From Kiritimatiellales bacterium (GTDB taxonomy: Bacteria; Verrucomicrobiota; Kiritimatiellia; Kiritimatiellales; Pontiellaceae): a stretch of DNA of 64,000 nucleotides. Positions 27,777 through 37,536 of this stretch are shown piece after piece. A model generated the notes under the pieces. The model did no database searches and was not told where the DNA came from. It saw only the letters and a program-made list of their open reading frames with translations. The first letter of the stretch is position 1; every line of letters starts with the position of its first letter. The stretch lies in NCBI GenBank assembly GCA_003230915.1, contig QIHI01000055.1, forward strand, positions 2,282 to 66,281. Reading direction: 5' to 3'. The position numbers were made by a program, and so were the translations under genes.

Positions 27777-28435
27777 TGCCCAGTCGCTACATCTTTTGTG
27801 ATATCGATGGAACGTTGCTGTATGCCCCCCGGGCAGGCCGCAGTGCCTTTGGCGATGTGTTTGCCGAGGTGTTCGGTATTTCGATCGATATGAGCCACAT
27901 TAATTTTGCGGGTGCCACCGATACCCGGGTTCTCCAACAATTGATGCGCGAGCAGAATGTTCCACACGATGCTGCTCGTGAGCAGCTTTTCTTTGAGCGC
28001 CTACCGGAATTTCTCGACCGCAACATGGCCACCATTCCGCCTGTGGTTTTTCCGGGGGTTGTCCCCTTTCTGAATCGGGTTTCCAAGCATTGGAAGCTGG
28101 GCCTGGTGACGGGTAATATTAAGGCCTGTGCTTTTATTAAGCTTACGCGTGCCGGCCTTGCCCAATATTTTGATGGGATCGGTGGATTTAGCGACGACGA
28201 CGGCGACCGGAATAAAATGGCCGCGCTCGCGCTGGAGCGCGCGGATCATCCCGAACGATCCTTTTTACTCGGCGATACGCCATCGGATATTGCGGCGGCC
28301 CGCGCCAACGGCATGGTATCGGTAGCCGTTTGCAACGGCCAGTTCGACCGTGCCACGCTGGAAGGCGAGGGTGCGGATCTGGTGCTGGACTCGTTCGAGG
28401 CCGCCGATGAACTTTTTCAGGCATTGGACGTATGA
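27776..28435 (+). CDS. HAD-family hydrolase/phosphatase
   Basis: FCDIDGTL, LVTGN, LLGDTPSDI motifs. GTG start overlaps the upstream stop. Confidence 0.9.
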   Translation: MPSRYIFCDIDGTLLYAPRAGRSAFGDVFAEVFGISIDMSHINFAGATDTRVLQQLMREQNVPHDAAREQLFFERLPEFLDRNMATIPPVVFPGVVPFLNRVSKHWKLGLVTGNIKACAFIKLTRAGLAQYFDGIGGFSDDDGDRNKMAALALERADHPERSFLLGDTPSDIAAARANGMVSVAVCNGQFDRATLEGEGADLVLDSFEAADELFQALDV

Positions 28436-29415
28436 GCGTAGGCTTTGAAAATCTTGATCCAAACAGCATTCTCGATGCGGTTGAATCAGTGATGGGTCTG
28501 TCGCTTACGGGACTGACTGCGCCGCTACCGAGCTATATCAACCGCGTCTACGAACTTCAGTCGATGGACGGTGAGCGGTTGATTGCTAAGTTCTACCGTC
28601 CCGGTCGCTGGGCACGCGAAGCCTTGCAGGACGAGCACGACTTTGTCGCCGATTGCGCGGCGGATGAAGTTCCCGTGGTTGCGCCGCTTGCACTGGCAGA
28701 TGGAGGCACCATCGGGGAATATGACGGCATTCTGTTTTCCGTTTTTCCGAAACGGTCGGGGCGCGAAATGGATTTGCATACGGACGAGGGCTGGCGCCGA
28801 CTTGGCAGCCTGGTGGGTCGCATCCACCTTGCCGGTAGCCGCCGAGAGGCGACTAACCGCCTACAAATGCATCCGGAAACCACCACGGTTCCAGAAATTG
28901 AACAATTACTCGGTTTCATGTCGCTGCATCAAGCGGAGCGCTTTACGGAAGTTACCTCGCGAATTGTGGAGATCGCCCTGCGCGAATTCGAGGGCATTGA
29001 GTTTCAGCGCATCCACGGCGATTGCCATCGCGCCAATATCCTTGAGCGCCCCGACGAGGGGCTGATGGTCATCGACTTCGACGACATGGTCATGGGGCCT
29101 CCGGTGCAGGACATCTGGCTGCTGCTTCCCGACCATGCCAACCATGCACGCCACGAGATCAATTTGATTCTGGAAGGCTACGAGCAGTTTATGGATTTTG
29201 ATGATCGCTCGCTACGGCTGGTCGAAATCCTGCGAGCCATGCGGATTATCTATTTTCTGAGTTGGTGCAGCACGCAGGTGGACGATTTCAGGTTTAAAAC
29301 CACGTTCCCCGATTGGGGCAGCGCACTATTCTGGCAGCGGGAGATCGCTGATTTGGAGCACCAGTATCATGTTATTTTGAACGATGAAAGATTGAATGCT
29401 AGAGGTCTGTTATGA
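28432..29415 (+). CDS. srkA: Stress-response serine/threonine kinase SrkA/RdoA (YihE) family
   Basis: LPSYINRVY, IAKFYRPGRW, RIHGDCHRANIL, IDFDD, VQDIWLLL. Confidence 0.9.
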   Translation: MSVGFENLDPNSILDAVESVMGLSLTGLTAPLPSYINRVYELQSMDGERLIAKFYRPGRWAREALQDEHDFVADCAADEVPVVAPLALADGGTIGEYDGILFSVFPKRSGREMDLHTDEGWRRLGSLVGRIHLAGSRREATNRLQMHPETTTVPEIEQLLGFMSLHQAERFTEVTSRIVEIALREFEGIEFQRIHGDCHRANILERPDEGLMVIDFDDMVMGPPVQDIWLLLPDHANHARHEINLILEGYEQFMDFDDRSLRLVEILRAMRIIYFLSWCSTQVDDFRFKTTFPDWGSALFWQREIADLEHQYHVILNDERLNARGLL

Positions 29416-30092
29416 GTAAAATCTTCAATATTAAATGCCCTTCCTGCGGTGTCTCGCAAGAGGTTGAACTACATGAATCCGTGAATGTGGCCACGGAGCC
29501 GAAATTGAAGCAGGAGCTATTGGAAAACCGGCTAAACCGGGTCGAGTGCATCGACTGCGATGCCAACTTCCGGGTGGATATGCCGTTGCTCTATTCCGAT
29601 CCCGCGCACCATGTTTTAATTCACTGGATTCCAGAGACCGATACCTTTGGCAAGGAGCAGATCATCGAAGATTTCGACCGGTCACTGGAGCAGATCAATG
29701 AAATGGTTCCGCCGGATATCGAAGTGCCGAGTGTGCGGTTGGTGCTGACGCGCGTCGAGTTGGTCGAGCTGATCTTCATGATCGAGGCGGAGATGAACGA
29801 ACGCGTGGTGGAATATGTGAAATACAGCATCTACACGCGCAATCTGGAAAAGATTCCACCCCGGCAGTTCCGCCTGTTGCTCAACGTACAGGACTCTTCC
29901 GATGAAGAGCTTTGCTTCGTGATGCAAGATGCCGAGGATCAGAAGCTGGGCAAGGAACTGCGCTATGGCCGCGCCGCGTATGATTCGATGTGCGAGCTCT
30001 ACGACGAGACCCCGGAGGAGTTCATCGAAATGTTCCCCGGCCCGTGCATCAGTGCCCGCAACCTGCTGCTCGAAGATAGTGTCGAGGCATAG
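29412..30092 (+). CDS. CpXC-domain-containing protein
   Basis: IKCPSCG...VECIDC...LLYSDP pattern. Confidence 0.8.
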   Translation: MSKIFNIKCPSCGVSQEVELHESVNVATEPKLKQELLENRLNRVECIDCDANFRVDMPLLYSDPAHHVLIHWIPETDTFGKEQIIEDFDRSLEQINEMVPPDIEVPSVRLVLTRVELVELIFMIEAEMNERVVEYVKYSIYTRNLEKIPPRQFRLLLNVQDSSDEELCFVMQDAEDQKLGKELRYGRAAYDSMCELYDETPEEFIEMFPGPCISARNLLLEDSVEA

Positions 30093-30191
30093 CTACTGCG
30101 TTTTGCATGATCGAAGCGATTCGCCCCGCGTTGCTTTCTAATCGATGGAAACTAGTGCGAGGTGGGATTCCTTCAGGATGAATGAAGCGTG

Positions 30192-31553
30192 CTACCAGTT
30201 GTTGTGTTCGCCGTGGCCGAATCGATAAACCAGACTGGCATTGAGGTTTTGGTCGTAGGTTTCTTGGTCGAAGCTGTAGTAGTTGACCCAGTCGGCATGG
30301 AGGCTCCATTTGTTGTGGAGTTTCCAATGTACGCCTAGCCCCGCATTCCACTGAAAGGTTTTTTGATCCAGATCCTCATCCCACATTTGTTCACCGAATC
30401 CCGCGGTGATATAGGGGCGGAGCTTTCGCTTGGTATTGAGATAGTACTGGGTATCGAGGCTATAGTTTTCGTAAATCACGGTTTCACCGTTCGACTTCCT
30501 TTTCAAGTCAGCCCATGCGTAGCTCAGCCGGGTAGAGAGGCGGGTAGAAAAGTAGAGGCCGAGCGATACTTTGGTATAGAAGCCATCATCCACGCCCCAA
30601 TCATCATCCAGAAAGGTGTGACCGCCGCCGATGCTAAAGCCAACGATTCCGGTATCGACGGGGTCGTTACGGTATTCCATGTGGCGGATCTTGGGAATAG
30701 GCTTGGGTTCGGGGGTTCCGCCCCAAGGGAAGCGCATGTTGAGATAGACGGTATGGTCAATGTCTGTTTCATCTGGCGTGGCTGTATAGGTAAAGTAGCC
30801 AGATCCCGACTTAATCCAACGTCGCCCAACGATCCGGTTGACTCCGCGGCCGAGAGAGTCGATCGGATCGAGGAAGAAGAGGGAGGTTTCGCCCAGAAAT
30901 TTTGAACCCGCCACTTCATTGTTCTTGTCCCGAACCTTGAGTTCGGTTTGGTAGGCCCATTCCCCGTAGACCCACCCGATAAGCGGGGTGAAGACCAGAT
31001 CCTGAATCGAAGGAGGTTCGGCAAAAGCCTCGATACCGTACTCCCAGTAGAAGGTCGACATCAGAGCCGCGTAGACAAAAGAATCCCACTGTCGGTAGCC
31101 CGATTTTCGAGCCACCTGATAGTAGACCCCGCCGACGTAGGTATGGCCGATATAGTTGTAGGCCCAGTTGTCACGATCCCAGACAGGGCCTGATTTTACA
31201 TTTTCAACCCATTTACTGAAAATATCTTCTTCCGTTTCCCAGCCTGTTGCCGACTCCGGTAGTGCGGCCAAAAAAAGTGCCACGCCCACTCCGTAAATAA
31301 ACATGGACTTGGTTTGCGACCAAACCCGTACACCGTCCTCGTCATTTTGCGGTTTAAACAGAGAGATCTGGTAGGGGGTGTCGTAGATGGCCGGGTTGAT
31401 GGATTGTGCTGTCCAATATGAATTGGTGGGCCAGTACGGAAGGATTTCGGCATACGTATTGGTTTGCCCCTGCACGTGAGTGGCGGCGAGGATTGCAGAG
31501 AGGGAAAGACACAGGATCGGCCTGCGAAAGCGATTGGACTGGAAGCGATTCAT
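30192..31553 (-). CDS. DUF3943-domain protein fused to a C-terminal OmpA-like outer-membrane beta-barrel
   Basis: Signal peptide; WDRDNWAYNYIGHTYVGGVYY, WEYGIEAFAEPPSIQDL (DUF3943-like); C-terminal amphipathic strands (RPYITAGFG, WNAGLGVHW, ASLVYRF). Confidence 0.75.
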   Translation of the reverse strand: MNRFQSNRFRRPILCLSLSAILAATHVQGQTNTYAEILPYWPTNSYWTAQSINPAIYDTPYQISLFKPQNDEDGVRVWSQTKSMFIYGVGVALFLAALPESATGWETEEDIFSKWVENVKSGPVWDRDNWAYNYIGHTYVGGVYYQVARKSGYRQWDSFVYAALMSTFYWEYGIEAFAEPPSIQDLVFTPLIGWVYGEWAYQTELKVRDKNNEVAGSKFLGETSLFFLDPIDSLGRGVNRIVGRRWIKSGSGYFTYTATPDETDIDHTVYLNMRFPWGGTPEPKPIPKIRHMEYRNDPVDTGIVGFSIGGGHTFLDDDWGVDDGFYTKVSLGLYFSTRLSTRLSYAWADLKRKSNGETVIYENYSLDTQYYLNTKRKLRPYITAGFGEQMWDEDLDQKTFQWNAGLGVHWKLHNKWSLHADWVNYYSFDQETYDQNLNASLVYRFGHGEHNNW

Positions 31554-31682
31554 GAAAAAACTTAGGTCTTGAATTTTGTCAAAGTCGGTTGAATTGGGCG
31601 GGTTTATACTGGGGATAAGCTCTTGAAACGAGTAGATTCATCATTTCTTTAGCAATCAGGTTTTAAGACTGAGGTACATTGA

Positions 31683-32681
31683 ATGATGAGTTCCCTGAAA
31701 GCAGGGTTTTGTATAATAATGGCGTTAGGCGCTGGTTCCACCGTCTATGCAGAACGGGGTGACCCGATCTATGTGGCCAACCAAAACCCTTTCGTACAAA
31801 TTTTTGGACTCCCCAAAGCCGAGCCCGGAACCATAACGCCGAGCGGAAAACTTGATGTGGGGTTTCTCTATTTTGTTTCCAATAATTCCATTTCAGCAGA
31901 TGCAGGAAACGAGTCCATTATCTGGGATGGTGAAACAGCGCAATATAACCTGAAGCTTCGGTATGGGGTTTCTGATCGCTTAGAGCTGGGAATGGATATT
32001 CCCTATATCGACCATAGTGGCGGTTACCTCGATTCCCTGATTAGAAATTTCCATGATCTTTTCGGTATAACCAACGAGCGGCAGGAGGGATTTGATAAAA
32101 ACCAAATCCATTATCAGCTTAGAGAAAATGGTACGACCACCTTTGAGATGACAGACCGAGCCCGTGGTTTTGGGGACATCCGTTTTTCTGCAGCCATTCC
32201 ACTGATTGGGCGTTCGGAGCAAAAGCAAAGGTTTCTTGCGCTCCGTCCTCAGATAAAGCTACCAACCGGTGACGCTGATGAGCTATTGGGAAGTGGTGGG
32301 ACGGACGTGTCGATGGGGCTGTCCTATAGCGACTTTCAAACGTTAAGCAGTCTCAATATGGTACTCACATCCCATGCCGGGGTGCTTTATATGGGGAATA
32401 CAAAGGTCTTGCGGGACAAGCAGAAGCACTTTGCCGGGTACGGCGGGATTTCTTTGGCTTGGTTGGTCATGAAGTCGCTTGAATTTAAGATTCAGATGGA
32501 TTTGCACTCTGCTCTTTACAATAGTGATCTCAAGCAACTTGGCTCCTCCCTTCAGCTATTGGGGGGAGGTACCGCACATTTACCGGGCAAGGTTTTGTTG
32601 GATCTCGGTATGTCGCAGCAGTTGCTAACAGACTCCACCCCCGACGTAGGGTTTTACCTCATGCTCCGCCGCCTTTTTTAG
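31683..32681 (+). CDS. DUF3187-family outer-membrane beta-barrel protein
   Basis: Signal peptide, NQNPFVQIFGLP, GGYLDSLIRNFHDLFG, KLPTGD, terminal Phe. Confidence 0.75.
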   Translation: MMSSLKAGFCIIMALGAGSTVYAERGDPIYVANQNPFVQIFGLPKAEPGTITPSGKLDVGFLYFVSNNSISADAGNESIIWDGETAQYNLKLRYGVSDRLELGMDIPYIDHSGGYLDSLIRNFHDLFGITNERQEGFDKNQIHYQLRENGTTTFEMTDRARGFGDIRFSAAIPLIGRSEQKQRFLALRPQIKLPTGDADELLGSGGTDVSMGLSYSDFQTLSSLNMVLTSHAGVLYMGNTKVLRDKQKHFAGYGGISLAWLVMKSLEFKIQMDLHSALYNSDLKQLGSSLQLLGGGTAHLPGKVLLDLGMSQQLLTDSTPDVGFYLMLRRLF

Positions 32682-32688
32682 AAAGGTT

Positions 32689-33246
32689 CTAGTCCTCGGA
32701 TATTTTTATTTCGGCAAGTATTGCGCGATCGGCGAGGCTGAGGCGGCCAGTTTGGAGATAATTTTCGATCACGACGAGCGCAGCTCCGGCTTCTTCCATG
32801 CGTTGGAATAGCTGATTATGATCCACTTTTTCCAGATCATCAGGATTTCGGATCTCGCCAAGAGCCAAGCTCCCGAGCGCATTGTGACCAATATGATCCA
32901 TTAACTGGCCGAGCACTTGGGCCGTGAGGCGGGCCTCATCGTCCGGCAGGCGGGCGAGGAGCTGGTCGCAAAAATAGGCATAGCAAATGGTCGGGCGACC
33001 ATATTCCAGCGAGCATCCGTGCAGGTCGAGCCAGCCATAGCGGTCGTCCATGTTTGCTTCCGAGAGGCCTTGCCGTTGGAGCAATTGGGAGAGAAATGCG
33101 CTTTGCAGAGCCTCTTCGCAAATATCCGCGCGACAGCAACACGCCGTGCATAAGCCGCAGGTATCGCTAAACAGCTCTTTCATCAACCGGCAGACGGATT
33201 GCTCCAGCTCAGCATACGGATCCAGAATATCATCGATTGAATTCAT
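32689..33246 (-). CDS. Cys-rich hypothetical protein (CxxCxxCC-like metal-binding)
   Basis: CGLCTACCCRADIC and GCSL...RPTICYAYFC. Confidence 0.65.
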   Translation of the reverse strand: MNSIDDILDPYAELEQSVCRLMKELFSDTCGLCTACCCRADICEEALQSAFLSQLLQRQGLSEANMDDRYGWLDLHGCSLEYGRPTICYAYFCDQLLARLPDDEARLTAQVLGQLMDHIGHNALGSLALGEIRNPDDLEKVDHNQLFQRMEEAGAALVVIENYLQTGRLSLADRAILAEIKISED

Positions 33247-33359
33247 AGGGGCGCAGGATATAGAGAGGCAACGTATCTGCAAGAGGAAATATAATTTAAT
33301 AATTGCATACACTGCGGTTTAATGTAGTTTTTCGCAAATTTAACGGAGTGATGTTGTTT

Positions 33360-34010
33360 ATGCACGAAATAATGACAATCGAGGAAGTTGCTGCATATAT
33401 ACGCGTATCTGAGCGTACGGTGTATGATTGGGCACAAAAAGGGGAACTGCCCGGCGGAAAGCTGGGCACCACCTGGCGGTTCAAGCGCGACGACATTGAA
33501 AAATGGGTGAGTGATCGTCTTTCAAAATCATCTGGGAAAACACCCCCCATCAAATCGCGTACAGAAATCTTTGTATTGACTCCAGAACGGGTGATTTTGC
33601 TGGATACCCTGTCCAAGAAAGAAGTTTTAACACGATTGGTCGACGTGCTGGCGGAAACCCCGTTTGTTAAAAATCGGGATGAATTGGTGAAAGGTATTTT
33701 TGCTCGCGAGGAGCTCATGAGCACCGGCATTGGCTTTGGCATCGGTGTGCCGCATGTTCGGATCGATTCGGTGACGGATCTGGTGATGGCTGTTGCGGTG
33801 GCGAAAAACCCGGTTAACGACTATGCCTCGCTCGACGGTGAACCGGTGCAGATTATCTGCATGCTGGCCGCCCGTTCGGATCAGCACACGAAATATATCC
33901 GCGCACTATCGTCGATCAGCTCCCGCCTGAAGGATCCTGATATTCGCAAGAGCATTATCGAATCCGACGATCCGACCTTTATTCATTCTCAACTCACCAC
34001 CGTGGAATAG
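33360..34010 (+). CDS. Excisionase-like HTH fused to a PTS IIA (PtsN/fructose-type) domain
   Basis: MTIEEVAAYIRVSERTVYDWAQKGELPGGKLGTTWRF; AREELMSTGIGFGIGVPH with the phospho-His retained. Confidence 0.88.
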   Translation: MHEIMTIEEVAAYIRVSERTVYDWAQKGELPGGKLGTTWRFKRDDIEKWVSDRLSKSSGKTPPIKSRTEIFVLTPERVILLDTLSKKEVLTRLVDVLAETPFVKNRDELVKGIFAREELMSTGIGFGIGVPHVRIDSVTDLVMAVAVAKNPVNDYASLDGEPVQIICMLAARSDQHTKYIRALSSISSRLKDPDIRKSIIESDDPTFIHSQLTTVE

Positions 34011-34014
34011 AGCC

Positions 34015-35688
34015 ATGCATGAATTTCAACTCGGTGTTTTAGCGATACTCGGAATCTGCATAGCGGGCGGCGTGATCGGTGCGTGGTTTTTCCAAAAACT
34101 AAAAGTGCCGCAGGTAGTCGGCTATATCGTGGTCGGCGTGTTGATTGGCGACACTGGGTTTGGATTGCTGCGTTCTGCGGATATTGTAGCACTGGGTTCC
34201 TTCAATAATTTTGCGCTGGGGTTGATCGGCTTTCTGGTGGGGGGCGAACTGAGCGGTAGCATCTTCAAGAAGCATGGGAAGCAATTTACCGCCATCCTGC
34301 TTGGCGAGGGGTTGGCGGCTTTTTTCCTCGTTGGATTGGCTTCGACCGTAATCGTCTATCTGGTTTGCCATAACTGGGCGAGCTCCATTGCTGCGGGGGT
34401 CGTGTTGGGGGCGATTGCCTCGGCTACTGATCCCGCCTCAACCATCGATGTACTGTGGGAATACCGTTCCGCTGGGGTGCTTACCACGTCGATCGTAGCG
34501 ATCGTAGCGCTTGACGATGCATTGGCGATGACGCTCTACGGGCTCGGCACCAGCATAGCCTCAATTCTCACCCAAAGCGGTGGCGAGTCCATTGGAGCCA
34601 CGTTAATGCATACCGGCATTGAGCTTGGAGGAGCCATTGTGCTGGGAATCGCCTGTGGCTTTGTGCTCGATGCCATGATGCAGTACCTACCGCAAACCGA
34701 AAAGCGGCTAGGCTTGTCGATCGGCGTGCTGTTGGTTTGCATTGGGCTTTCCGTGACGTTTAATATGGATGTTATTCTTTCCACAATGGCGGTGGGTATT
34801 GTGCTCATCAACCGAGCACCCAACCGCAGTAAAAAGCTGTTCGAGACAGTGCGTTCGTTCTCCACACCGATCTACATTATTTTCTTCGTACTGGTGGGAG
34901 CACGCCTTTCGCTCGGAAATATGCCTAGATGGATTTGGGGACTGGTTGTGGCCTATGTGCTGATGCGAAGCGCGGGGAAATGGTTCGGTGCCTACTGGGG
35001 AGGACGGATATCCAAAGCCGAGAAACCCGTTCAAAACTATCTAGGCATGGCGATCTTTACGCAGGGAGGCGTGGCCGTAGGCCTCTCCATTGTGGCCAGC
35101 AACAACCTCCAGCATATTCAAGTGACCGAAAGCCTGAGCCTCGGCGATATGATCATCTTCACCATCACTACCACTACGCTATGCGTGCAGCTTATCGGCC
35201 CGGCCTTTGCAAAGCTGGCGATCACGAAGGCGGGGGAAATTGGCCGCAACGTAACCGAAGAAGACATCATGGCTGAACTGAAGGTTCTCGATGTAGTTGA
35301 TACCGATATTATTCCATTGCTCGAAGGGTCTCCGGTCAGTCAGGTTGTACAGGGCTTTGCCGAACAGGATACCTTTGTCTATCCCGTAGTTTCCAAAGAG
35401 GGAGAGATTATTGGGGTGCTCACGTTTGACATGCTTAAAGAACTGCTCACCGATCGTGATTCATGGCAATGGATGCTAGTTGGCGACGTCATGCAGCCTT
35501 TACGCCACCGACTCTTTTCTTCGATGAATCTGGCGGATGCACTGGAGGAAATGCGTAACAATCAGGTTGAATCCTTGCCAGTGATCGAAAGTGAGGAAAA
35601 TAAAAAATTACTTGGAGTACTTGATCAACGCGAAGCCCACCGCCGAGTCGGAGCCGAGCTTGTTCGTCGGAAGACCGCGATCACCTAG
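34015..35688 (+). CDS. Cation:proton antiporter with a C-terminal CBS pair
   Basis: About 12 TM helices, ASATDPAST, VALDDALA, QGGVAVGL; two CBS repeats (YPVV...GVLT, LPVI...GVLD). Confidence 0.88.
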   Translation: MHEFQLGVLAILGICIAGGVIGAWFFQKLKVPQVVGYIVVGVLIGDTGFGLLRSADIVALGSFNNFALGLIGFLVGGELSGSIFKKHGKQFTAILLGEGLAAFFLVGLASTVIVYLVCHNWASSIAAGVVLGAIASATDPASTIDVLWEYRSAGVLTTSIVAIVALDDALAMTLYGLGTSIASILTQSGGESIGATLMHTGIELGGAIVLGIACGFVLDAMMQYLPQTEKRLGLSIGVLLVCIGLSVTFNMDVILSTMAVGIVLINRAPNRSKKLFETVRSFSTPIYIIFFVLVGARLSLGNMPRWIWGLVVAYVLMRSAGKWFGAYWGGRISKAEKPVQNYLGMAIFTQGGVAVGLSIVASNNLQHIQVTESLSLGDMIIFTITTTTLCVQLIGPAFAKLAITKAGEIGRNVTEEDIMAELKVLDVVDTDIIPLLEGSPVSQVVQGFAEQDTFVYPVVSKEGEIIGVLTFDMLKELLTDRDSWQWMLVGDVMQPLRHRLFSSMNLADALEEMRNNQVESLPVIESEENKKLLGVLDQREAHRRVGAELVRRKTAIT

Positions 35689-36205
35689 AAGGAGATCATA
35701 CAAAATCTGGTCGTAGGTATCGGGCAATTTTTGGAGGAGATTTGTAGACGCCTTTTTGGTATCAGAACGCCACGGTGGAAATCCGTCCGCGTCCCCGACC
35801 ACCACCACGGTCGACCAAATGTGGTTCATAACGCTCGGCTCCTCAAAGTTTTCAATCTCCAGCGTTTCGCTCGGAAAAATAATCCTTCACCTGTTCTTTT
35901 TGTTTAACCATCAAACAAAATAAAACCACGGCACGGGATCAATCCTTTCCATCGAAGAGCAGGTGCGCTCTTCTACGTTTTGATACAATCGGTGTGGTGG
36001 ATTGACAGAACCTCATTTTGAAATCATTATGAATCCAACAGTGGAAGTAGCTATCAGTGAATATTATGATGAAGTATGTAGATTTGGACTTGTATGATCG
36101 ACCCAAACAAGGTGTTGCATGCTCCTGCCGTAGCATTAATAATAGAGCTGTCGGCAGTGTTTATCCCGTGTCATTTCACCGTCTGGTTGTGTTGCTAGAT
36201 TGTCC

Positions 36206-37516
36206 ATGAAACGCATCCATATCCATCTGTGTTTATTCGTGATTTTTCTTTTCGCTACGTCGGCGAGGGCTGGCTTTGATGGCGATCCGCTCTATGAAAG
36301 CATGGTGGCGACGAACGATATGTCGTTTTTTGCGGTGCGCCCGTTCTACTCGCACGTCGAAAGCCCGGCTACAGAGCGCTGGCGGAAGGACTACCTCTGG
36401 CCGCTCTACACCAAGAAGGGGTTCAAGGAGGAGCAATATAGTCGATTCCTCTTTTTCGGATACTCGCAGGATTTTTCGGAGGACGACGATCGCCATCGGA
36501 ACTGGGTGATCCCCTTCTATTTTCAGGGTGTGGATGCCAACGGGGAGGGCTATTTCGCGCTCTTTCCTTTCGGCGGAACCATCCACGAATTTCTTGGACG
36601 CGACAAAATGATGTTTGTGTTGTTTCCGATCTATGGAAAATCGAGTGTGAACGATGTACGCACCACATCGGTGTTATGGCCGATTTATTCAACCTCTAAA
36701 GGCGAGAAGGTGGATCGCTTTCGCATTTGGCCGATCTATGGCCGGACGGATCTCTTTGGCGAATACCGCAAAAAATTCATTCTATGGCCACTCTACACCT
36801 CGGTTAAATATACCAATGAACGCAATCCCGGCGGCGGCTTTATCTTGGTTCCCATCTACGGACGGATCAAAACGGAGCATGCGGACAGTTTCTGGTTCGC
36901 GACTCCGTTCTTCCGCTACATGACCAGCGAAGAACAGTGGATCGTCCATGCGCCGTGGCCGTTCATCCAGATGGCTGATGGCGAGATACGTAAGCGCATT
37001 GTTTGGCCGCTCTACGGCAAGAAGAGCCTCGACACATTGACTCGGCAATACTTCCTTTGGCCGTTTATCTGGAACAACCAGATCGCGTATGCACGCCACA
37101 TCCAGCACCGACGCTACATCCTTCCGTTCCTCGCCTATCAATCAGATGTCGTGACCCAAGAAACTGAACTATACGAAGTGGGCGATATTTCATCGCGCTA
37201 TTGGAAGATCTGGCCGTTGATGAGCTGGGAACGCACGGACGGCAACACCCGCTTTCGCACACTGGAACTTTGGCCGTTGCGCAACACACTAAGCATCGAA
37301 CGCAACTGGACGCCCTGGTGGACGCTCTACCGCCGTATGAATGCCGATGGCGAGATCGGCCACCATCTCTTGTGGGGATTGTATCGCCAAACGAAAAGTC
37401 CAGAGCGCTATGAATGGAGCTTGCTCAAAGGGTTCGTCGGTTATAAAAAGACACAAAATAACCGTCGTTACCGATTTTGTTTCATGTGGTTCGGCGATGA
37501 GGAGGAACAGCCATAG
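36206..37516 (+). CDS. Exported aromatic-rich repeat protein (hypothetical)
   Basis: Signal peptide (..ATSARA), then 16 [hydrophobic]-W/F/x-P-[ILF]-Y-like repeats. Confidence 0.75.
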   Translation: MKRIHIHLCLFVIFLFATSARAGFDGDPLYESMVATNDMSFFAVRPFYSHVESPATERWRKDYLWPLYTKKGFKEEQYSRFLFFGYSQDFSEDDDRHRNWVIPFYFQGVDANGEGYFALFPFGGTIHEFLGRDKMMFVLFPIYGKSSVNDVRTTSVLWPIYSTSKGEKVDRFRIWPIYGRTDLFGEYRKKFILWPLYTSVKYTNERNPGGGFILVPIYGRIKTEHADSFWFATPFFRYMTSEEQWIVHAPWPFIQMADGEIRKRIVWPLYGKKSLDTLTRQYFLWPFIWNNQIAYARHIQHRRYILPFLAYQSDVVTQETELYEVGDISSRYWKIWPLMSWERTDGNTRFRTLELWPLRNTLSIERNWTPWWTLYRRMNADGEIGHHLLWGLYRQTKSPERYEWSLLKGFVGYKKTQNNRRYRFCFMWFGDEEEQP

Positions 37517-37536
37517 CCCGTACCATTATAAACTAC

